From Raja brachyura (taxonomy: Eukaryota): 64,000 nucleotides of DNA. A program made the translations under genes and the position numbers. Numbering within the stretch: position 1 is the first letter of the stretch; each line of letters starts with the position of its first letter. The DNA lies in NCBI GenBank assembly GCA_963514005.1, contig OY740814.1, positions 11,160,001-11,224,000 of the forward strand, in the 5' to 3' direction. Shown here piece by piece: positions 12,456-25,052 of the stretch. The notes under the pieces were generated by a model. That model was not told where the DNA came from. It worked only from the letters and a program-made list of their open reading frames with translations, and searched no databases.

Positions 12456-12572
12456 ATGACTTCCAGCGAGATTGAGTTCCCGAGCGAGCTAAAGGCGGAC
12501 CCGCCGGCTCTCATCGCCTCCCTCCATCTGCTGCCGTCTCCCACTTCAAACCTGGAGATCAAACACACCAAG
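12456..12572 (+). CDS. aldh1a2: ALDH1A2 (retinaldehyde dehydrogenase 2) coding exon 1
   Basis: Translates to MTSSEIEFPSELKADPPALIASLHLLPSPTSNLEIKHTK, matching the ALDH1A2-specific N-terminus (human MTSSKIEMPGEVKADPAALMASLHLLPSPTPNLEIKYTK); 117 nt, donor AAG|GTGGGT, phase 0. Confidence 0.97.
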
Positions 12573-13390
12573 GTGGGTGCTGTTTTGTATTAAGCGAGGT
12601 GTGACGAGTTTTGCGGCGCTTCGCCTGCTCGCATCTATCTCCCTTCGCTCGCTGCTCTGTGTTATGTATGTTGCCAGTACACGACACAGCTACACTATAC
12701 AGCGGGGCTCCGCTGCTGGGTTTAGGTCGTTCTGAATTAGCTAGGTGGTGGCGGGGAGGGGAGGGGAGGGGAGAGGGGGGCAAGTGGCGAACAATCTTTC
12801 ACAGCCAGCCTGGCCGGCGGGGCGAGTCCCCATTCCGGAGGGCACGGAGAGATAACCCCTCGCCCACACATCACTCTCCCTCTCTCACCCATCTTCTCAC
12901 CTTTCACATGGAAAGCTCTCGCCTCCTGTTTATTTGCTTTGTAAACCATGACTAGGAGCAGCAGGTGGGTCTCTCTCCTGAGGTACATCTTCAGCGGGGA
13001 ATTAAACTGACAAACAGGAACGTGGAGCCACTTCATCACGGGACCGCTGGGCGCAACAGTGTCGCCGTGCGGAAAATGGGATGTTTTTGTTTTTTTTTAA
13101 AACAGAAAGTTGGTAGATGTTGAAGGTGACCACTCTGTGACCAAGTCCGGTGAGGTGAGAGGGAGGAGGATGGTTCCAGGTGCAGAACGGGGCTGGGCAT
13201 TGGCGAGGGATCCTGACTGTGATACCAGGTTGTCCCGGGAGAGCGGTCGCGTTGCCTGCAGCGTCTCTGCAGTTTGTGATCATGCGCTCCAGCCCCAGGG
13301 ACCTCTCGCCCCCGTCCTTCGCCGTGTTGTTGCCATTCGCACCTCGACTCGGTCAGTTGAATCCAGCTTAGACATCCCGTCCCTCTGGTT

Positions 13391-13645
13391 GAAGGAAGGG
13401 GTTGCAGATGCTGGCTTACACAATGCTGGAGTAACTCAGCGGGACAGGCAGCATCTCTGGGTAGAAGGAATGGGTGACGTTTAAGGGTCGAGACCCTTCT
13501 TCAGATATACTCGGTCTGAAGAACGGTCTCGATCCGAAACGTCACCCATTCCTTCTACCCAGAGATGCTGCCTGTCCCGCTGAGTTACTCCAGCATTTTG
13601 TGCCTATCTTCGGCGCAAACCAGCATCTGTGGTTTCTCCCTACAC
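13391..13645. mobile_element. Penelope-like fold-back repeat (near-perfect hairpin) in intron 1
   Basis: AATGCTGGAGTAACTCAGCGGGACAGGCAGCATCTCTGGGTAGAAGGAATGGGTGACGTTT inverted at ~13537-13597; both arms share the GGTAG variant. Confidence 0.7.
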
Positions 13646-14461
13646 AGTTTGATCCAGCAATCCTCATTCCGGGAATGTGCCTTTTGTTTTTTAACTATCC
13701 GAGCAGCTTTAAAGTCACAAAGAAGCTAAAATGTTTCTTTCTCATTTTGATTTCTCGTTTGTTTTGCTGGCTTTGGATTGTCAATAAAAGCTTTGAAATT
13801 ATTGATCAATGACATCTCCAGGATTGGCGACGGGTGTGAAGGAATTCCAAATCCATTAACCTCTCCGTGTGAATTTATTATTTGAAATAAAATGTGAATC
13901 CCACCTTTTTTGCAAGGCGATTGATTAAATGGGCGCAGGTCTGTCAGAGTAATCTGTGCACCGTGCAGTCTGCAGGACCCTTTCTCGAGCACACCATCGA
14001 GTCTCTACGGGGAGTGAGTGAGATTTATGGCTATTCAGTGGTTTGGGGATAGAATCATCCCCAGCCGGCCCTTTAATGCAGTATCCACTTTCCGACTTAT
14101 TATAAAGAAAAACAAACAGCTGAAATGAGGCAAGGTTTGTAATGTGAGCCCTGGATTTTTTTTTAGATCTAATTGGTACCGAAACCTTGCTTTCTTGCCA
14201 TATGGTAACGTAGCGATGGCTGCCTCGAATTGGCCATTCTCTTTCATGGAAGGGGCGGTGGCTTGTGAAGTCGGGAGTGCGTTTAATGATTCACTTGTAT
14301 ACTTGTGGAAGGGAACTGTGTGCGACTTTCCACGACTCTTTGACGGGACGGGGTGGTGGTCACTGAAAAGAATTCCAGGGCCCTGAAATATTTGCACGAA
14401 CAAAAACATGAGTGGAGATCTTAAATGGTGACTGGAAGTCATGGTGCATTGGCATATCAGC

Positions 14462-14735
14462 CTGAAGAAGGGTCCCGAGCCGAAACGTCACCAATCCACG
14501 TGTACGAAGGATCTACAGATGTTGGTTTCCACCGAAAATAGACACAAAAAGCTGGAGTCATTCAGCAGGTCAGGCAGCATCTCTGGAGAAAAGGAATAGG
14601 TGACGTTTTGGATCCAGACCCTTCTCCATACTCCAATGGTCACCCATTCCCTCTCTCCAGAGATGTTGCCTGTCCCGCTGAGTTACCCCAACATTTTGTG
14701 GCCTTTTGTGTAAACCAGCATCTGCGGTTCCTTGG
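14462..14735. mobile_element. Penelope-like repeat cluster
   Basis: CTGAAGAAGGGTCCCGAGCCGAAACGTC at 14462 followed by a fold-back copy. Confidence 0.6.
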
Positions 14736-15025
14736 TACTACGTCAGGGTATATTGGTTTGCGCGGAGGCTGGGCCAGGACAGCGAATAGTTTGTATCAGG
14801 GAGAGTGCCGGATCGACAGAGAGAGGCCGCCCGGATACAGGGTCTGTTTAATTCCTGCACCTCGTGTTGCAAATAGATACTTATTTGCAATCTTGCTTTT
14901 CAAGATTTTGCCAATCTTTAGCCGGTGGTGTAAATATCCCAAGAAGTCTTTCATTCTGGAAGAACCAAATTCTGCATTTGAGGGTTCCCTAAAATGTTTC
15001 TCAATCGACCGCAAAAGTTATTGAC

Positions 15026-15230
15026 CACATTCTCTGCGGTGGAGGCCGGTTCTCTGGATGCTTTCAAGAGCGAGCTAGACAGGGCTCTAAAAAATAGCGG
15101 AGTCAGGGGATATGGGGAGAAGGCAGGAACGGGGTACTGATTGGGGATGATCAGCCATCATCACATTGAATGGCGGTGCTGGCTCGAAGGGCCAAATGGC
15201 CTACTCCTGCACCTATTGTCTATTGTCTGT
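15026..15230 (+). mobile_element. CR1 LINE 3' end
   Basis: GGATATGGGGAGAAGGCAGG...GAATGGCGGTGCTGGCTCGAAGGGCC...CCTACTCCTGCACC and (TATTGTC)n tail. Confidence 0.85.
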
Positions 15231-15235
15231 TGTCT

Positions 15236-15552
15236 AAGTGCTGGAGAAACTCAGCGGGCCCGTCCACTCGCTCCACATATGCTGCCTGGCCCGCTGTGTT
15301 CCTCCAGCACTCTGTGATTTGTTCAAGATGCCACCACCTACAGTTCCTCGTGTGCTCAATTTACTACAGTGACAGCTTTCTGGGATGCTTCTATCCGCGC
15401 ATAAACGTTGCAGCACATTATAACGAGGTTTGGACGTCGGCGTGTAGGAAGGAACTGTATATGTTGGATGTGCTGGAGTAACTCGGTGGGACAGGCAGCA
15501 TCTCTGGAGAGAAAGAATGGGCGACGTTTCTGGTCGAGACCCTCCTTCAGAC
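15236..15552. mobile_element. Penelope-like repeats (two fragments)
   Basis: GCTGGAGAAACTCAGCGGG and GTAGGAAGGAACTG...GACCCTCCTTCAGAC. Confidence 0.55.
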
Positions 15553-16375
15553 TCACCCATATCTTTTGAATCTTGTCGATTGAGTTATTGAGCCCAGAGT
15601 GAGAGCAATAAGGCAGTGCCCGCACAAAGTGTATGTGGGTTACGAGGTTGCAGTCGGAGGCTGCATCCCCAGCGAGGTCGGGCACTGGAGAAGTGCGTGT
15701 TCGCAAACTTCCCAGCTCTTGATCAGTTATTTATTCACGGCGTTTGCAGTCGATTCACACCACACACGCCTAGCGTGGCGCGGGGCTCAAATTGTTGGAC
15801 ACGGATGTTAACCTTGTCCCGCAACAGTATTTACACTCCGCGATTTGACAAGGTGTGAGGTGTAAATCCGTGTGGAGAATGCCCGCCTGCTGTTAATTAC
15901 AGCGAGCGCAGAGTCGCTTCACCGTCGCAAACATGCGATTTCCCAATTGTTGGAGGCTGTTTGCGAAGATGCGAGGTTGCAACTGTGCGCGTGCACGGTG
16001 CAGGCGGTGCGCGTGCACGGGGGGCAGCAGTGAACGTGTGCGGAATGGACCCTTGTCTGAAGTTGTCCGCGCTGTCCACGGCCAGAATCCTGCGCACTGA
16101 GGAGAGGCAGACCTTTGTTTGGCCACGGGCAGATAGATAGTCATGGACATGTAGACACGTCTGTGTACGTGCATGTCTGTGTACCTGCATGGACAGGAAG
16201 AGCAGCACCTGAACTTCCTAGTTTCCACTTCCACATATGTACACAGGCAGAAGCAACCCTACATAATTGTGTAGATAGCGAAATAGTTCTGTCTGTGTCT
16301 TTGCAGTGATTGTAAGCCATGAAAATAGAAGGAGGGATAACTTTGGATGTGTTCATAGACAGTCTTGTAATAACT

Positions 16376-16590
16376 CACAGAAACATAGAAAATAGGAGCA
16401 GGATTAGGCCATTCGGCCCATCGAGCCAGCACCGCCATTCAATATGATCATGGCTGATCATCCAAAATCTGAGTGAAAGAGTTGGCGCTCAGGTTCCTAT
16501 TAAATGTTGCCCCTCTCACCTTAAACCATGTTGTCTGGCTCTTGATTTCCCTACCCTGGGTAAAAGACTCTGCATTCTATTCCCCCCATG
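16376..16590 (-). mobile_element. CR1 LINE 3' fragments
   Basis: AGAAACATAGAAAATAGGAGCAGG...GGCCATTCGGCCC tail on the minus strand. Confidence 0.75.
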
Positions 16591-19500
16591 ATATCAGGTG
16601 GAATGGATCTATCCTTATGTAATATCTTCATGCTCCACAGAACATTAAATACATGGTAGATTTGGCTCTGTTTTCTATAATGATCAATGCATCTCCCTTT
16701 CGAAGATTAATTGGGTGTCACTTCTGGCAGCTGTGACTAGAAAACAGGTTGAGCATTTTTAGATTATTTTACATTTCAAAAGGATTCAAAACTGCCCCAT
16801 ATGAAGATTAAATTCTATTCAATAACTGTGTAACTTGATTCTGTGGGTGGAAAGCTGTTCTCTGCTGTCTCAAGCAAGTAGCCTCACTGCATGTGTGAGA
16901 TTTCTCAGCCATTCACCACAGGGGCATCACACGTTACCCTGATCTCGTCTTTTACTTGACATCACATATGTACACTTCAAGCAGAAGTCAATGAATAGTG
17001 ATTAGTGCTGGGAATGCTGGCTAATTTTTGCTTCCCAGCCTGGGACCAATTTCATTGCATCTGCTTCTTTAGCATTTCATGTGGCACAGACCAGGAGCTG
17101 ATCCACAATTTACTGGATACATTCATAGACTCACTGGGGTAATATCAGGAATGGTCAATATCTTACAATCAAGATGAGATGTAATTTACTGGAAATAAAT
17201 TGCAAGGTTATGTCATGATACGGATAAGTCATAAAATCTCTTAAGCAGCACATTTCCAGATGAAGCCACCCTGGAATTGTAGGTTGAGTGACACTGGACT
17301 GAGTAATCCATGGGATTGCAAACATATAGGGTTTAGGATCTGTGGGAGTTGGGCATTGTTGCACCAGGACTGTGTTACCCATGCGACTGTTACATCAGAG
17401 TTGAGCAAACCAGTAGAAAATCACAGGAATTAAATACATGTGAGTCATCTCATTTTTCAGAGTATTGAATGAAATTCCATAAATTGTCTTCACTTGTTTG
17501 CACTTTCCTTCAAAATGAAACACTCTGAGGGATTGTTGGCACACTCAACCAACGGCAAATGGCTTTTGCATTTGTCTACTTAGATACATCCATTACAAGA
17601 TGGCAGCTTACCGAGGAGCTGAAACGTTGGCATATGCTGTTCTATCACAACCTGAGAGCTTTCTTAATGATGTCTCAGCCTCAAAATCTGTTCTGACCTT
17701 GAGACATACTACCGTGTAAATCATTGCTCTTCTTGCTTTAAAAAGGGGTTATACCCTACTGGTAATGGACAATCAATTCTCATCATGTTTCTGTGTGTAA
17801 TCCTTTAACAAAACTATTAACCTATTTAAATTAGTATTAACCAATCACCAAAAATACTGCATAAGGAATTGATGTTACCATTTATTTGGTGATGAAGCTG
17901 TCACAGTGGGTAGCAACGAAAGGAACGCTTCCACAACAAAATAGATAGTCTGACAAATCTCTTAATGACTTAAGCAGGGTAATCACATAAAGTACATGTA
18001 ATGATTATTTTCTAATGGCACTCAATCTGACATATCACCCTTACTTACTTTTTCATTCTACTGGCACTATTTTAGTTTGGAACGGAGGAAGAATGGTAGA
18101 ATAAAAGGACTAGGTAACTAAATCTCAACTTTGCCAGCCATTGCTGTCCACCTGCAGTAGATTAAATTTATTACTGAACTGATTGTCCTGATACAGCACT
18201 CAAATGCTATGGAGCTCCAAGCTGGCACAGCCCTCTTGCCAATTACATCCCTGTTGGCAAATTAAAAGTTGTGGAACAAGCCTTATTCTGCACTTCCTTC
18301 CAGCTGGCAAAACTGATTTAAAAAAAAAAATCATGAAATTATTTTCAAGGCACACAATAATCTGTTAGTCAGAGCATTGTTATATTTTCACGTAAAATCG
18401 TTCAACAGTCACCAAATGTTCACATTTGCTAATAAACTCAATGAAAATACATGTTTTTTAATAGATTGACTAATAGTTGAAACCCCTCACGTGTTTTACT
18501 TGTTATAGTTCCAGCAGGAAGTGCGATACATTTCAGAATTGGATAATGGTCACAGATCAAGTGTTTTAGCAGTAAATTGCTTTGGTGGAAATCTGACACT
18601 TGCCATGTAATGGGCTCACACTCTGACCATGTACAAATTGGAGCTAATTTTCAGGCATGTTTTCTTTGAGTAAATGTTTCTTTTCTACTTAGGCATGAAT
18701 GTCTCATTAGACAAACAACTCCTTGATAACTTATTCCTGAGTAATGACCTATTCCCTTCCACACAAAGTGGCTTGTGTGAGTAGGGGTCTTTGTAGTTGT
18801 GCCTCCCAGCTGTTTGCCCAGGCAGTTCTCAGGGGGAGTGGATGCAGCGAACCTGGAATAACAACAACATTAAACTTCATTTACCTCTCTAGAGAGTTTA
18901 AACCCCACTAAATGGATAGAATTGATGTGATATTGTATTCCAGGCAAGACCAAAGGGTTGCGGGGAATTAACTTTCTCCAGTATGTGTTCATTGAAGCTT
19001 CTTGAAAGGACGGCTGGTTATCAGGCTACATGTGTTGGTTGTAATTAATACGGTCTTCCACACCTCCACATGTTGATAAGTATTTGCACTGTCTGGGTGA
19101 TAAATTTCCCAAATGAAAGCATTGCCGGTGGTTCCAGCCATTTAGTGATTTTGTGTCACAAAGTTCAATCTATCCAACATACAGTAAATCCTGCGCAGTA
19201 ATGAGCTTCCCTCCACATTTTGCTATCATTATATCAAATTTGTGAAAGGATTCAAGCGGGGGTAAGAGATAGAGCAGGAGAAGAAAGGACCATTCATTGT
19301 GGAAAGCTTCAGGTTGATGCTGGAGCTGGTGTTTGTAACTTCACACCTTTATCTCATAACTGCGGACGATTTGTTTGAAATTTTTAGCTAAAATGTCATG
19401 GCTCGCTCCTTGTAAAGGTTAATCACTTTGAGCTGTCAGGATTTTTTCTTTTGCTTTTTTTAAAGCACAGATGAAGTCAACAGCATTCCAGTGCCCTCTT

Positions 19501-19694
19501 GTATCTGGTACTTACACTCTAACTATCATCACTTTTACTCCGTTTAAGTCGAGGTGTCTATTTTAATTAATGTCGCAAAAATCAATCTTTTACCAAAAGG
19601 TTCGTAAATGACAAAAGTATGTGCGCAGTACTTTTATCAGCAAGAAATATTCACAGCGAATACAACACCTAAATGAATGTCATGTGTACTTCAG

Positions 19695-19850
19695 TTCATA
19701 AGGTCATAAGGAATAGTAGCATTTGGCCATTCAGCCCATCAAGTCTACTCATGGCTGATCTATCTCTCCGGCCTAACCCCATTCTCCTGCCTTCTCCCCA
19801 TAACCTCTGACACCTGTACTAATCAAGAATCTATCTATCTCTGCCTTAAA
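19695..19850 (-). mobile_element. CR1 LINE 3' end
   Basis: GGCCATTCAGCCCATCAAGTCTACTC...CTCCTGCCTTCTCCCCATAACC. Confidence 0.75.
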
Positions 19851-21523
19851 CTTGTAAAGTTGTAAAAAAAATGTAAAATTGTAAAGTTAAAAGTTGTATG
19901 AATTCAGCAAAGTGTAGAGCAATGAGAAGCATACAGCATAAATGTATCAGGAGATTATGGGCAGAGAAAGTTCAAGAAGTATATTTATCACTTTGGCCTA
20001 AATTATATCTTCTACCACTGTGCAGGTCAGTGGGTCTGCTATTTGTCTCTGACCCATGTGATCTGCAGCTCTTCAGATCAAAACTAAGTCTTGCTGAACT
20101 GAGATCAAACGGGCGAAGGTGGGGAGACTGCTGGTGATTCATCATTGCCAAGGAGGGGCATTGGGCCAAATGGAGCTGTTGCAAATGAAGGTGACATTCC
20201 TGTTATCTCCTCTGTTTGATGAGGGGACGTTCTCTTGATAACATGATTTTCCTTTCAGGAATGGAACAGCAAAATTCCTCAATATTGCAATATAGATATG
20301 TATATAGATAGCAATGTATACCTACAAACACTCAAACAAAAGCACTTGCATATATACAGGAACACACAAATGCATAACATAGTGCTGTTACTAACATTTT
20401 CTCCAGTATTTTAATGAATATGTTTGTAGAAAAAAACGTTAGAACCACGTGTAATATGTATTGCTTATACAATTATATATGGGTAGCTCTTCCTATGAGA
20501 ATCACATATTTACAGCCACACACATGTGAACTGTGTGTTGTTATTTTAATGGGGATTAAGCTCTATTAAAGTTATCAGCTTTACATGTATCTTAAAAGAT
20601 AGCAGAGAGAAAAACGTCTTGCAAATGTTTAAGCGTTTGTCTACCGTTAGATCAAGGCTGTCATATTTAAGACTCATAATTGTAAAGCAGCAGCTTTGGC
20701 TGTTAGCATTGCAAAGTGCTTCACATGCTTTTACTGAAATGATTGAGACTGCACACTGACACGTTTTCCAATACAGAGGATTTTATTTGATCAACAAAAA
20801 TGGAAAGGCATAAAAATCTTATTTTGACGGAATTATATTTTGAGAAATGAGAGTCAGGATAACCGGTATTTTGTTTTCTCCTGGAATCATTTAAAATCAG
20901 CGTAGGAATTGTCAGAATGATGATACAATGCCCTTATTTTGTTCAAACTACTAAGTTAAAATGTAGTTGAATATCAAGGTATCAGAAACTTAAAATCAAG
21001 CGATGTAAAACGCTACTTCCAATGTAGTTGGTTATAATTTTGTATGTTATTGTGGCAAGGATTCCCAAGTTCTGGAAGTCAGCAAACATTTGGGATGGAG
21101 AAGTGCCCCACAGATAAGCTGTCGGAGAAGGAAAATAAACATTTTGGTGCCCTAAGCTTGCTCTGTTGCCATATGTAAATTTCGTGACCAATTGAAGAGT
21201 CACAAGAGTGCAAACATTTGGTGCAAGTATTTTGTTCCATAACAAAATGTCAAGTTACATTCCCAGTTTCATAACAGATTGATGGGAGATGGTAAAAGAT
21301 AGCCGGTGTTCTCTCCTCCCATCCTATCAATGTGAGACAGCCCTCCCACAGAGCATTCTCACCAAGAACGGCTTCTACATTCCTAATGCTTATAGTGCTT
21401 GCTGGGCCTGATTAGTAGAAATGAAGCCCTTGCCTATATTGTTTGAATCTAGTCTTTGCTCAGGCTAATCATCAGAGGGTCTCTCTTATATGACAAAAAT
21501 ACAAGAACTCCCAAAGTAGTTTT

Positions 21524-21805
21524 CAGACTTTAGACTTTAAAGATACAGCGTGGAAACAGGCCCTTCGGCCCACCAAGTCTGCGCCGACCAGCAATCACCT
21601 CGAACACTAGCTCTATCAGACACACTAGGGACAATTTGCAATTTTTACCGAAGCCATTTAAGCAACAAACCTGCACGTCTTTAGAGTGTGGGTGGAAATA
21701 GGAAACCCATGCGGTCACAGGGAGAATGCACAAACACTACAGTCACCCTTAGTCAGGATCAAACCCGGGTCTCTGGCACTGTAAGGCAACAACTCTACCA
21801 CTGTG
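21524..21805 (-). mobile_element. V-SINE with 13-bp TSD
   Basis: TSD CCAAAGTAGTTTT at 21511-21523 and 21806-21818; (AGACTTT)n tail; V-domain. Confidence 0.88.
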
Positions 21806-24261
21806 CCAAAGTAGTTTTGTTTTTTTGCAAGTAGAACAATAAAGCATATCAATATTTGAAAATAAAACAACTACAAATATGCTGCACTCTTTAGCAGCGT
21901 CTAATTTACCAGCTTCCAAAGATTAGCTGAAGAAGTGGTCATTTAAAGATGAGGTGGTCTTCAGGATATACTTGTTTCCCTGACTCTCCCTACTCCATAT
22001 TCCCTGCTGCTCTGTAATTTAACAACATCTTGTTGGTAGATTATAGAACAGCAGTGGCTGGTAACGCAGAATTTATAGTCGTCATCATACCTGTTCTCAA
22101 TCCAGCACGGAGTGTATTGGTTCCTTGGAAAATATTTGCAAAATTGAAGACATTTTACGAGTAAACAGACTGGCGTTGAATACTCTGCAAGAACATTGAG
22201 TGGGAATTAATGTAGAAAATGCATGCAAGCATTTATGATCATGTGTGTAAACATAATGTTTTAACAGTGTTTCACGGGGAATAGATGTAATCATTTGATC
22301 TCTATTAAACATTTGATCTCTGTGCCACAGTAATTTTGGATTGTTGGCTGAGAGCTCCCAGTGTAGTGACCAATCCACCAAAACCTTCTCCATTTGTTTT
22401 TCTTTTGTTTGCTTGAGTTCCTGCAATTCTCATCCAAGACGTTGGGAGGAAGGGAATGGCATAAGTCTTGTCCCATCCTTTTCCTCACTCCATGAGGCAA
22501 TCCACCTCCCTCAAGGCTGCCTCCTGGTAGATCAATCTAAGAATGGTATTCATGGTGTCACTGGGAAAGGAATTGGGACAGACTTTTATGTTTATCATGC
22601 TGATATCTAATGGGTTACTCGGTGTGCAGGATTGCATCAACAATGTTCAACTATTTAGACTAGGTTTATTCAGAATGGCAAATTTACAATTTGCATCTGA
22701 CAAAAAAGATATTTAGGATAACGACAGCTGGAGTGCATTTATAACGTAAAGGTTTATAATTAGATTTGACCTTCAATCTAATTTGCAGTTTTAAACTTAT
22801 AAGATAAAAAACAGGGCAAATGGCCTTAATGGGACTTTGTACATTTTATGGGTCACAGTGAGACTGGAGTTTGCAGAAGTGGTTAATATTTTATATTGGT
22901 TGCTCTTTGGAAGATGGACTACCTTCCATTTTTATCACAGCATGGTTTACAAGGAACAGCACCACTGCTTTATATTCTTTATAAAGCTAGTTTTTGGCAA
23001 ATATAGATAGTAGAATAAAGCAATTTCATTTTCTGACTTGTTGAATAAAACTGCTTGCTGATTTCCTCAGCCCATTTACTGTTCTATAAATACTTTCCTG
23101 GCTTTTGGTCTTCCTTAGTCCACCCAAACATAGAATGTTAACTACAGTGAAAGTATATATAAATATGAAGTGTTATATTTCATACAGTGCACTAATACTT
23201 TAAGCTGATGGCAAAAATAAACATAATTAAATAATAATAAAACTTCCTTTGAATCCAGATAACATTTGATGAATAAAAACTGCCATTTACAAACAGTGGA
23301 GCCATGTTATCTTTTAATACTATTGTGAACTTTATTCATCAAATGAATTGATGCAAGGAATTGATTTAAAATTCAAAAGCTCAGCGTTATTACTGATATA
23401 CGATATATTAATTTATCGAATAGTTAGAAATGCTAAACAAGACTCTTGGAGTTTTCAAAGCTAGCCGAGTGTATAGAAATCATTCTTGGTGCAAAGGTTC
23501 GAAGGGGTGTGGACCTGTTATTTGTGATGATTGGAAGCACTTTTTTTTTAAACTTCCTGCTGATGGTTTGTGATGGTAATAGTACCGTTTTGTGCGACAA
23601 CAAAGAAAAGAGAGAAAAAACACATCTGTGACTCATTGAAGCTATAAAAACTCATCAGGAATACCTCATCATTCACAATAGTATTAAAAGATAATATTTT
23701 CCAGCAGCCACTATTACCTAGTATGACTCATGGCTAGATCACAACCCTGTTTTTAAGAATCTTGTAAAGGGAGCAATCACACCATTTTACTGGGCATCCC
23801 ACTCTAACACTGTCCCTACTTGCAGTATTATCATTTTGCTAGGGATACTCTCCTTCACCAATACTTGCCGCAACATACCGTTTACAAACAGTGGGGCGGG
23901 TGATTATTAGGTGTTATAACCTTTGCAAATTGTGCAAATTGGTTTGTGCAGAACCAAACCCTTCTGGGATCATTCAAACCAGGGGGAAATAATTACTCTG
24001 GATGCTCTGTCACTACGTGGTAAATGCATGTTCAAGTATTTGCTGTTCTTAAATATAGTATCCAAAGCAACGTTTACCACAAGGAAACGCGTAAATATGA
24101 TATATATTAATAAATATATTTCCAGTAAATATTAAAACATATACATTTAAGTTTTTTTAATGTGTTATAAAGGAGGTATGTGAAAATGTTTTAGTGCTGT
24201 TAAAGGTTGATGAAATTAAAAGGAAGTGTTAATTAGATTAGTAATTGGCTCGGACTAGATC

Positions 24262-24535
24262 CTCACAGTGCCAGAGACACAGGTTTTATCCTGACTGCGG
24301 GTGCTGTCTGTGAGGACTTTGTACGTTCTCCCTGTGACCACGTGGGTTTTTACAGGTGTTCTGGCTTCCTCCCACATTCCGAAGATGTACAAGTTTGTAG
24401 GCAAATTGACTTCTGTACATTGTACCTAGTCTGTAGGACATGGAACTAGTGTATGAGTGATCGATTGTCAGTGTGAACTTAGTGGGCCAAAGGGCCTGTT
24501 TCCACGCTGTATCTCTAAAACAGACTAAACTAAAT
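24262..24535 (+). mobile_element. V-SINE
   Basis: CCTCACAGTGCCAGAGAC, V-domain, GGGCCTGTTTCCACGCTGTATCTCTAAA tail. Confidence 0.82.
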
Positions 24536-24889
24536 TGTCCCTATACGGATCTACTCAGGCTGTACGGAGCTAATTCATACAAGTGTTATAGTTGTGCCTG
24601 TTCCTGCTGACTATATGTCCCGCATCAATCCCAACCCCCCACCATCCACCCCCCATGTATGTTCTAGATCGTGGTTTCACCACAATATCAGTTGCTATCC
24701 AGACCATCAGTTGTGCCATGAGGGTGATCACTATTTGCCCAAACCAAAGCTTATGTATGACACTTGTGACTCTCTCTGTCATAATCACCCAGAGAGCATC
24801 TCCTGGTGTGGTGGAATGTGTACTGCCCAATGGGCAATGTAGGGGTCAGTTGGCAGAGGTCTGCAGAGAGTAGTCATAGAATAGATATT

Positions 24890-25052
24890 GACATAGAATC
24901 ATACAGTGGGGAAACTGACACTTCGGCCCAACATGCCCTCGCCAACCAACAGGCCCCATCTACACTAGTCCCACCTGTCAACGCTTGGTCCATAACCCTC
25001 TCAACCTATCCTATCCATGTACTTGTCCAAATGTTTCATAGGTGTTATGATA
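24890..25052 (-). mobile_element. CR1 LINE 3' end
   Basis: CATAGAATCATACAG...CTTCGGCCCAAC...CCCCATCTACACTAGTCCCACCTG. Confidence 0.72.

Larger units (their letters stand above)
10020..13390. promoter_or_regulatory. CpG-rich promoter/first-exon domain (CpG island-like)
   Basis: Visibly high CpG density compared with the AT-rich flanks; surrounds exon 1; not computed. Confidence 0.65.
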
